A stretch of DNA of 64,000 nucleotides from Bugula neritina (lineage: Eukaryota > Animalia > Bryozoa). Shown one piece after another: positions 1 through 11,300 of this stretch. The number at the start of each line of letters is the position of its first letter. Within the stretch, counting starts at the first letter, position 1. The DNA lies in assembly GCA_964035545.1 (NCBI GenBank), contig OZ037773.1:4679751-4743750 (forward strand), given 5' to 3'. A model generated the notes under the pieces. It was given only the letters and a program-made list of their open reading frames with translations, made no database searches and was not told the DNA's origin. The position numbers and the translations under genes are program-made.

Positions 1-100
1 AAAAAAGAATGCGCTACAACTGTAGCCATAATTACCTAAAAGGAGATGGAATGATTAGGGTGTGGGTTTTACCCCTCCCCCTTCCCGGAAGGAAGTTGAG

Positions 101-2330
101 TCATTTACGTAGTGAGCAGATGCCGACAGCTGTCAACATTGCAAACAAACTAATGCCGGATGACACGACAGCGATCTGGAGATAGTTCTGTCGCATCACC
201 TCAACAAAGGAAGGTTTCAGTTTTTCTTTCAAAAACCAACTAACACCGAAAGCACACCCTGTAGGTTGAGGAATAGATTCATCCAATATAAAGTCGTGCA
301 GCTGTGAGATTGGCACTTCTACAGTCTCGATATACTCTCCTTCTGCAGGGTTGCCTCCCCCTTTGCTTATCCGCATAGCCTCAGTAACTTTAGCGTAGAA
401 TATTGTCTGCATTGAGCCGGTGGTACCCACCCCAGTCCTATAACAAATTTTCACAAAATTGCACCTTAATTCATATGAAAATCTTGTAAACAATAAAAAT
501 AGCAAACAATTTCATTCATCTTCAGATTTTTGGCATACGAAGAACTAGTATAACTTTTATGTATAGGTAACTCAAAAACGGCCCTCTAATGTTCTCCCAT
601 AAATAAACAGATGTATGCATTTTGCTAATTGCAAGAAGGATAAAAACTCTGTTTTTTTTCAGGTAATCTTACATCATGAACGAAAATATGAGTCAGTCAA
701 ACAATGCACTCAAGTTCATGAAACATGAGCAAGATTTATGCTGTTCTAAAGTTCTGCAAAATAAATTCAAGTAGCTTACTAGCAACATACTGAAAATAGT
801 TTCTCAACATTATGTTTAAAAAAACAACAATATGAATGAGAATTGATCTACTATTCGATTTTTCAGCAAAACACAACAAACTGTCTGACCCAAATGGACT
901 CGTGTTATCCTTTAGGTTCAACAAATACTGTTTGCTTGTCAAAACCACCACAATGTCATAATTATAATTATAATTCATAGCCACAACACCTTGTACATAT
1001 AACAGAAATATGTACCTAAACGTCGATACTCTCTCCAGATCATTCGCTGACACGTTGAATCCGCATTCCTCCTGCACCTCTTCAGCAGCAATGTCAGCTA
1101 ATGGCTTTTCTTTATCCACAATCCCAGCACATAATTCTACTGTCAACCCTAGCCTAGGATCTCCATCGATAGCTGTCCCAACTGGGGGAACCTCCTGTTC
1201 CCCACCCGCATAGACGCGGTTAAAATACACGGCTACAACGAAATATACATTTTTATTAAAATATTGGCCACATCTATTTGGAAAGACATCCATAGCTGAT
1301 GATTTATAGTTCGAAGATATTGTTACTGGACAGTTTTAGCTCTTACAGCAGATCTTCTGTTCTTGATTCCTTAATTCTAATGCTAGACAGATAGAGGAAA
1401 TGACATCAGAAAGTAACCGAGGTTTGAAATGGGACTCCAGTAAGTAAGAACTGATACACAACATATGGCACACATATTACTCTAAAATTTACCTGGCCTA
1501 AACTGTCGAACAAAGAGTAGAGATCTTCTTTCTATATGATGGATTATAATCGCCACACTAAAAATAAAGGTAGTTTGAGTTGAAACATGTTATAAACCAA
1601 CTTTTACAATTTTGAATGATCATAAATAAAACATATTAAAGCTATTACATAATAGGGTCAAAATTAATTACAAGCGATATTCAAGGAAAGACAGTTGGAT
1701 TCTTTTCAACAACATGACATTATAACATATTATTGAATTTATTATGTGCGAATAAATTTAATATTAATGTGAGATTAGCAACCACACCAATGTGCAGCTG
1801 TCTACATTTAATTGAAAACATGTACTGACAACTGATAAGTGATAAGATAAAGGTATTTAAAATGTTACCATAAAAAATTATGTAATTTTATAAAGACATA
1901 TACATATCATATAGGCACATAGAATAGAATTTTTTAATTTATTAAAATCTTACCAATTACTTGCGACTGCATACAACACATCTAAAAAAAATACTGAGCT
2001 AAAAGTGATAAAAGAGCCCTGACCTGTCATGAGATTTCATCAAGTCCCATAGTTTGGATTTTCCATCCTAGAACATATGCAACAGCGAGTTAACTACTAG
2101 TAAATACTTGCGTTTCTAAAAACTCGTGTTGTCAACTTCGATATCTGACACTAAAGCAACCGGAATGTCTACTTTTACTGGGAAAAGATTTGAAATATAA
2201 TATATTATGTTATTTGCCAATAAATAACCTGAACATATGAAAGTCTGAACGGCCTTATGTACTTGGAGTTGTTGCATTGCTCAACAATGATCTTTTCTAT
2301 AGAAAGCATAATTTCAGGAAGCTTTCGCAT
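101..2330 (-). CDS. NUDT14: UDP-glucose pyrophosphatase NUDT14-like Nudix hydrolase, 5 coding exons, ~254 aa, with C-terminal hydrophobic extension
   Basis: Exons 2330-2229, 2067-2024, 1557-1493, 1232-1016, 437-101, all GT-AG and phase-consistent (765 nt). Translation YIRPFRLSYVQ-DGKSKLWDLMKSHDSV...RQFRPAVY...GLTVELCAGIVDK...EEVQEECGF...GGGNPAEGEYIE...FGVSWFL matches NUDT14 motifs. An alternative ATG is at 2309. Confidence 0.9.
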
Positions 2331-3479
2331 AACATCAAGCTAGAACTTCAGACAAGCTTTGCATGTTTGTGAAATGATCAGACTAGGTTGAAATTAGATG
2401 TATTCTACAAGAAAAAAAACAGGTTAAAACTTGAAAAAAATTAGTTTCTTGAAAATGAGAAACAAATCATGGAGGCTGTGGTGATAGCTCGAAATCTATT
2501 ATTTTTAACTTTAACAGCTTTATAAACTGTGAATTTAGATCTAGGTCTTAGTGCGATGTCAAAAATAATTTTATTTTGAAAACTGCATCATATAGACGTT
2601 GAAACAGGACACTTTCTGAAACTTTGGAAATAGTGTAAACTCTTGGAAGTGATGTAGATTGGGGTTTTGAGTTTGGAGTTCAAAGTTGCAACCTAAACCA
2701 GCCTAAGAGCAAGTTCAAGTTTTACAAATTAATCATAAATTTCATAATCATAGCCACAACAAATTTAGGAAGTACTATTAGTATTATTATTCTATTACTA
2801 TTAGTATTACTAAGTCTAACACTAATAGTAATACTACTAGTAGTAGTACTCCTTAACCATTACGGTCATAAGTAAATTCAATCATTATGATAATTATTAT
2901 ATTCATTTTGAATAATTAATTATTAATATTATATCTATTCCTTCAATTTGAAGTTCATTATTACTCAATCATTATGATTACGATTATCATTTTCATCAAA
3001 TGATTATTAAACGTACTCTCAATAATTATAAATAATGATCCATCAAAATACTAAAAACAAATACTAAATAGTAATATTTAATTATCAATATTCATTTTAA
3101 TATTTTAATTTAATTTTTGTATCATAATGATAATATTAATATTAATCATAATGATAATGAATAATGTAGTTAGTATTATTAATACTAACTACATTATTAT
3201 TATAGTGATTATTCATATAAATATTTAGTTTTTATTTATAATTTAAATTATACTATTATTCGTATTATAAATATAATAATATAAATATTTATTATTTACA
3301 TTTTATTAAAATTGATTATTATATCAATTAAATTTAATATTGATAATAACTAATATAAATTAATAATTATCGCCACCAAAAATTTAAATATCACTGTCAC
3401 TGTGAACTTTTAACTTTAAGTATCATAATTCGCTACTAAAGTATTATCACAAGTGCTACACGTTAGTTTAAGAACCATA

Positions 3480-4035
3480 TAAATACATTTACAAGTAAAT
3501 TGTGATCAAAACGCAGAATTTTGCATGGGCGTCATCATCGTGATTAATCTTCATCTTTTATTTTCTTATGCCATGGTCTCGGCCCTTGAGAATGCCCGAG
3601 ACGCACTCTATAAAGAACTATTATTAGTAATCGATGTCGCAACGATTAGCCTCAAAACCTCGTTTAGCTATTGACGTGTCCGACTTTATATAACGTTGTT
3701 TTATCTTTATCTAGGAATTATGTCTAAACATCCATATAAGGAGTCTGTAGGCGTGTCTAACCCATAGTCAACGCCGAAGCGATACTATTTCAGCGTGTCG
3801 TAAACACCCACCCCATCCATTTATCAACCGGATGCTGAAATTTTCCTGGTTGTTTGGTTTTTCCCACTCGCCCCAGATACGGCACTAGAAAGCCATTTAT
3901 TGTTGGAAATAACTGGGGAATTTTACTCGGTAGCCAGTGATTTTTGTTGACGAAGCTACACTAATACACTTTTCGACACGCGCGTTACATTCATATTGCA
4001 TATGCTTTCAGGTTTTAAACAACTTCTAACTTAAG
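3480..4035. promoter_or_regulatory. Putative divergent promoter / first non-coding exons shared by NUDT14 (-) and Rel (+)
   Basis: Locally GC/CpG-richer island between head-to-head genes. A + strand donor AAG|GTAGAA lies at 4035/4036, both start-codon exons begin at splice acceptors (2404 on -, 5333 on +), and kB-like motifs occur at 3855-3865 and 3915-3926. Confidence 0.55.
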
Positions 4036-5343
4036 GTAGAATTTAATTACGCTAATGCATATTTTAGATTCAGATTAAATTTTGTCGTCAGCTTACTTTT
4101 ACTGAGTTTTAGTTTTACTCTTAAGTCTTAGGGTTAGTGAGTTACACTTTGACTTACTCTTAGTAGTTAGTTTATATTTATAATCGCTTATAGTTAGTGT
4201 TACTCAGTTACTCAAACAGTGATTATACAGTTATTGATGATCATAAACATTATCATAATCATAATGATAATCATCATTAGTCATTACGATATCGAATTTG
4301 ATAATTTTTAGTATTACTATTATCATTAGACTTAGTATTATCAATATGAATATCATTGATATTCATGTTGATAATACTAATGCAATAACGAGTAAATGTA
4401 ATGCTAATACAAATAGTAATACTAGTATTAATTCATGTTCGTGAACTTCAATTAGCATTTGGTGGACTTAGTAAAATTTATATCATAATCAACATGAATT
4501 GAAAATTGATAGCAATAAATTTAGCTCTGGTTTTTTGTCTGCATTTTTGTAAATTTAAAATACTCAATGTATATTTGCATCTTATATTTTTTAAAGCTAA
4601 ATTATCGTGTTGTTGACACTTCCTATGCCATTAGTACAAATTATTTACATTATTTACGGGTTTTTTTATAAATGTTAGATGAATATAGCTGAGACGTATT
4701 ACTTGCAAATGCTGTTCTTTTTATATATCACAGTAAGTTAGGGGGCTTTTTAAAATGGGAATGATGCTGCTGAAATTCAAACTGAAATTAAAGCCTGTTA
4801 TTTCTTATTTCAATTCTTAACTCATCAACTATCAACATTATGATAACGGTGTTGCTTTTCAGTCAGCATAATCTATTCAAATTTAAAATGATATTTTCTT
4901 TAACCCACTGTTAATAGCTGAAAAATTTCCTTGTTATGTTACTAACAGACTGCAATTAATTAATTCTAATTCCACTGTTATTAAAATTGAATGCTGTTGT
5001 ATTTTGAGACCATGAATAATTTCTTTAATTGTTAGTGTTGTACCTTGAGCTTATTTGTTACCATTCAGTTCAACACGACATACCTAGCATCAAAAAATAG
5101 TTCAAATCAATCAGGATAAATTAATGAGATGTTTTTTTATGATGGCAAAGTTATTCATTGAGATGGCAATTAAGATTTTGGTTTAACAATGCAAAGTTTT
5201 AATTGCTTCAGATGTGTTGGGAATTATTGGTAGAAACTCCATTAGGTAGGTTGCCAGTATTATAAAAACTGTATCATAATTTTACAAATTTCGAGTTATA
5301 TATACTAACAATCATATTGACCTTTACTGTAGAAATCACAATC

Positions 5344-8300
5344 ATGCCAGCTGTGCCACCTTCACAAAAAACACCATATGTTGAAATCATTGAACAACCA
5401 AGCTCTAAATCAACCAGGTTTGTATAGACATCAAGTTTCTGTGTAATTAGTTGCATCGATAAAGCTTTAGTTTTGAAATTTAAAAATAGTTATTTTTCTA
5501 TAATAATGAATCAGTAACTCACAAGTTGCAGTTAGCCTTGTAATCTAAGAAAGGGCTTACTCTTCGTTGTGGTGCGCACAAGCTCCCCTTCCCACGATTG
5601 AGAATAGTTGCAACTCTTGAGTTGAATCATACAAGTTTTAATTCCAAGTTCATTTCTACTAATTGCTTTGTTGAATTCATTCCATTCTACAGCTAATCAA
5701 GCTGTCCAATTGTACAATTTATTAGAAAAGTGCTTCAACACCCATAAAACATTTAAAACAACATGGTTATAACATTTTTATAGCACCATTGCTAAAGGAA
5801 GTTGTTGTGGATCATTTTTACTCAAATTTCAATGCAGCTATGACAGCCATGTTATTTTGCTAGTAATTGAGATGTTATTAGCTTTGCTGCTATACCCTCT
5901 GTAGCCATGATCATGTGATTCTTCTTTATTTCTTGGCAACTTCGCTTGCTCTACAATTACACAGTTTATCTTTGAGGTTTATGGTACATTTCAGGTTTCG
6001 TTATGAGTGTGAAGGTCGATTTGCCGGCTCCATTCTAGGAAAGACTGCCACCAATGAACAGAAGACTTTCCCAGCAATCAAGGTGGGGTTTTAATACTCA
6101 CTGGTGTTTACAGTTTTTGGAGTTTTGCTGTGTTTTCCAAAGGTGGAAATTCCCAGCATAGCTTCTAACTTGAAAATAACCCTGTTTAATATCTACTTTA
6201 TTGATTGTAACAAAGGTGGGTGTTTCAACTGATGATTATGTACCGTATGTTGTACCATCTAATAATTTTCCAACCACAGACAGAATTGTGTTATTTTATA
6301 CATTGATTAATCATTAATGACAGTTGGCTGTGATGCTAGTTGGGAGAGATTTCAGTGCTGTGGTGCTCTGAGTTGGGAATTTGATATTCCACCTTGTTAT
6401 TCAAATGCTTAGACTGTGATTACATTCTAGCAATACTAACAGTGAGGGTGTCAGAGCAACACTTCAGTAACTTTTTATGTGCTTTTGTGTTGACTCATCG
6501 AAATGATTGCTGATGTAAGCTATTTCTATTATGATAATATCCTAGCAATGAATAGCTGTATTGTTGCGAGCCAACAATCAATAACTAAGTGCCATTGCGC
6601 CATCTCGAATGTATCATGAAAGGAATATGGCTTCGGTGATGCAAATCTACTGCTTGGTTTTCCCACAGCTCGTTTGTACTGAATTTTCCAAACCATAATT
6701 GGAAAGTCCATGTCATGTGAGTTAAACTCCACGTAGAAGAAAGAGGCGATTGGCTGTTGGATTATGTGCTCTGCTTTGATTGGCGCATTTGTCTAATTGC
6801 GCAAGTCATGCTATCGATTACAGATGATAATACTAGGCATAGCCAGTTGGAAAAAACCAGTAAATAGTTGGCAGCGTGCCAATAGATTACACGGAGCACC
6901 GCGCTGTTTCCTTATCATATTGACTACACTAACTACATTAGCCAGTTCACTCCCTTTGAAGCTGACTTGAATGTTGTCAATGAAGCCCAACCTACACATT
7001 GTTATACCTTTTACTCATAAGCAACAGTATTGTGTAGGTGGGGGGGGGGGGCAGTCATAAATGAACTTAAACTGATTTTGAATATACTGCAGGTCCACAA
7101 CCACAATGGTGCATGTGTGGTTGTTGTCTCCCTTGTCACTGCTGATGATGACCCTAAGCCCAAGCCACACCCACACACACTGGTAGGCCCCGAGTGCCGG
7201 CAGGGAGTGTGCACCAAGAAGGTCAAACAGAATCTGGAAAACATACAGTAAGTGTGATGGGGGGGGGGGGGGGGTGGGGGGTTCTTTGGCTCACACTGAT
7301 AGCAATAATGTGTGGTAGATGATGAGGAAGGATAACCTAATTATCTTGAAATGTCAAGGCTAAATAAGCGCTTCAACGTAATTTACTGCTTTAAGGAACT
7401 TTACTGCACTAAGAAACCAGTTGAGTTAATATTTTTTAAAATCATAATGCAATCAATATATATTTCACCATATTGCTATGTGTGTAGGTTTCCTAACCTT
7501 GGAATTCAGTGTAAGAAGAAGGCGGAGCTAAAAGATGCCCTCACTTTACGCCAGCAAATCAGAGTTGATCCTTTCAGAAGTAAGTTTTTGCAGTAGTCTG
7601 TAGGCCTGATCAAGGGTTTGTGGATATAGTTGGACTGAAATAATCAGGTGTCACTAAAATAAAATGTATTATCATGTTAGATAGTGGTTTAGGGCAGCAA
7701 AGGTAGGCTAAAGTTAGAGCTGTGATGTTTAGTATGGAGTATGCAGAGCAGTTTTTTTTTGTCTCCATTACTGTGTGCAGTATAAATGTGTGACTGCAGC
7801 ACAGGTATGTCACTGATATAAAATGAGGTGAATGTGAATTCAACTTTTCACCTATCTTAATCTGTGATGCATGACCAAGCCCATCCCATCCTTGACTCTT
7901 TGGTATTTACATCAGTTAAATGTATAGAAATATGACCCATCACTGCCCAGTATAGTAAATTCAGTTTCATTATGTACTCAATTTACTAGTTGTAAGTATT
8001 ATTGATTCAACAGCTCGGCCAGCTGCATTCATGTGGCTTGGCACTCCTACTGTTAGTAAAACTGGGAAACCCATAATTTCTATCCAATATTATGGCTACT
8101 AATTACTGCAGATTATCTCTGTAGTCAGTTTATCTGCAGGAAGGTATGACTCATCCATCTAAGTATGCTAGTAGGGCCTCATCATGCCAGTTGGCTGGTG
8201 ATTATAGACTTCAATCTTCAGTCTCAATGTGTAAATATAGTCAATAAATGTTTATATTGTCACTGAGGCTATGCTGTTAATTTCTACCTCTGGCTACTAT

Positions 8301-11300
8301 ACTGCTAGTAGCATGTGATCACTCCATTTCCTTTAGGCATTTGTCCAAAATGTCTCACAGATGCCTTCATTTAAAGGTTTTCTTCAATCAATACGATTTC
8401 ACTCAGTTGACATCAAAAATCTGGTTAAACTTTGAGTTGGTCACGACATGTAGGTGGGGAAAGAGTGTAACTTTTAGTAAAATATTGTAGCTGGATTTGA
8501 TCACATGGAAAAACCACAGTTGAACAACATCAACCTTATGATGGTGAAGTTATGTTTCCAAGTCTTTCTACCGGACGAGTCTGGAAAGTACCAGAAGGCC
8601 GTTCCACCAGTCTGCTCTGAACCTATTGTTGATAAAAGTAAGTTCTCTCGGAGTTTCATTTAAGAGCAGTAGTGGAGAAATTGAGATAGCCTAAGTTCTT
8701 TAATTTTCTTAGTGAATTTTGGTTTGGGGCGAGAGTTGAAATTCTTGGAAGAATGTAACTTCTTCGCTACATTTTTAATCTAGAACACAGGCTTTTCTCA
8801 GTTTCCCCATTACTGCACCTACCTCCCCAGTTTCCTGTCACAGCTAAAGTTAAATTAGTTTTCTATTTGCTTGTGGAATTATCATAGGAGTTCATGGCTT
8901 ATTGTTTTGAGCTCAACTTATTAGCTAGTGAAGTAAACAATTATCATGTTATCATATCTGTTTAAGACTATTGCACAGATGGTTAGTGCTGCCTTGGTTG
9001 TTAGTGTATTTGTTGTGGTTGCAGAGAGTGCTGGTGAACTGGCTATTCACAGCTTTCTGCCTGAGACATGCGTTTCTACTGGCAAGGAGGAAATGGTGTT
9101 ACTCACTGGAAAACTTCCTAAAGGTAGGTTATATACGTAAACCTTTATGGTGGGCTCTCTCTCTCTATACCTTGTAGGTAGGCTCTCTATATCCTGTAGG
9201 TGGGCTCTCTCTATATCATGTAGGTGGGCTCTCTCTATACCCTGTAGGTGGGCTCTTTCTATACCCTGTAGGTGGGCTCTCTCTATACCCTGTAGGTGGG
9301 CTCTCTCTATATCCTGTAGGTGGGCTCTTTCTATACCCTGTAGGTGGGCTCTCTCTATATCCTGTAGGTGGGCTCTCTATATCCTGTAGGTGGGTCCTCT
9401 CTATATCTTGTAGGTGGGCTCTCTATACCCTGTAGGTGGGCTCTCTCTATACCCTGTAGGTGGGCTCTTTCTATACCCTATAAGTAGGCTCTTTCTATAC
9501 CCTATAGGTAGGCTCTCTCTATATCCTGTAGGTGGGCTCTCTCTATATCCTGTAGATAGGCTCTCTATATCCTGTAGGCGGGCTCTTTCTATACCCTATA
9601 GGTGGGCTCTCTCTATATCCTGTAGGTGGGCTCTTTCTATACCCTGTAGGTGGGCTCTTTCTATACCCTATAAGTAGGCTCTTTCTATACCCTATAGGTG
9701 GGCTCTCTCTATATCCTGTAGGTGGGCTCTTTCTATACCCTATAAGTAGGCTCTTTCTATACCCTATAGGTAGGCTCTTTCTAAACCTTGAAAGCTTCAA
9801 GAATCGACATTCTATTAAATTTATTAATTATGTTGGAAACCGAAATATTAATCCTCAATCTGCGGTTGATTTCCCTTTCTCTAATGTTTTGTGGTTACCT
9901 TTAGAAACGAGTTTCCATGTTGTTGCTGCTAGGGACTTCCTCCTTTACTGGAGCACATTTTCTGTGAATATCATTGTGAAGTGTACTTTATGCTGACTAA
10001 TAATGATGTCATACTACTGACTAATGATGTCATACTACTGACTAATAATGATGTCATACTACTGACTAATGATGTCATACTACTGACTAATGATGTCATA
10101 CTACTGACTAATGATGTCATACTGCTGACTATTTATGATGTCATACTACTGACTATTTATGATGTCATACTACTGACTAATGATGTCATACTGCTGACTA
10201 TTGATGTCATACTGCTGACTAATCATGTCATACTACTGACTAATGATGTCATATAGCTGACTAATGATGTCATACTGCTGACTAATGGTGTCATACTACT
10301 GACTAATGATGTCATATAGCTGACTAATGATGTCATACTACTGGCTAATGATGTCATACTACTGACTAATGATGTCATACTACTGACTATTTATGATGTC
10401 ATATAGCTGACTATCGGGTATATGCTTGTAGCTGATGAGTTTGAGGTTCGGTTCTATGAAGGACTTCCAGACAAACCGCTCTGGGAAGCATTCGGTTCCT
10501 TCACACAGAAAGACATCCATCAGTCTGTAGCCGTGACACTGAAGATTCCGGAATACACCAGACCCATGAACCGGCACAAGCAACAGGTCATGTTTGAACT
10601 GAGAAAAAGGAATAATCACGAGGAAAAAAGTGCTTCTAGAAAGTTCTTCTACATTTCTCCAGGTACCGCACATTTCTTGGTTTTTGGCGGCTTTTGAGTT
10701 GAGAAACCAAATACTTCTGTCTGAGATGTTGTTATAGTGCAACTTATTTCTCTTGTGTCCAGTTTGCTTTTGCTAGAAATTCGTACCAAAAATAACTAGT
10801 GTCTTTTCGCACCAATTTTCATTGATTGTTCTCTGTTACGGAAGATACTAAATTACTTCTCATATTAGCAGTTGATTAAATGTTTAGAATTATTCAACTA
10901 TGATTCATCGTTTTATTAGGTAGGCTTTTGGAGTTAGACTTGTGATGGCTGGCTAAGTTTATTCTGCCAATTCAATCAATGTCTCATTTTGATTAATTTT
11001 AAAAGCAAATTCTTCAGCTTAATTAATTTGCTTCCTGTAGAGAGCAAAAGCAAATACAGCAGACCCAATAAGCGTGAGAATGACGATCAGATGTACGGAC
11101 AAGACAAACGGTTTAAATCTGAAATGGGTAATAAATCTTATTTTCTACACAAATGAATTACTGCTAGTTAGATATGATTCTAAATTATTTTTAAACACAA
11201 CTGTCAACCTTAGAGTTGTTTTCTCGTGTTTGCAGGTCACGGAAATGGTGCAGGAGTGGATGACTCCCACACACCGGCCGTGCTGGATCACATTAGTATA

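Noticed and set aside
9147-10256. Repetitive ORFs ([23 protein letters not shown])
   Set aside because: Read-throughs of intronic minisatellites; Rel splices in frame across them.
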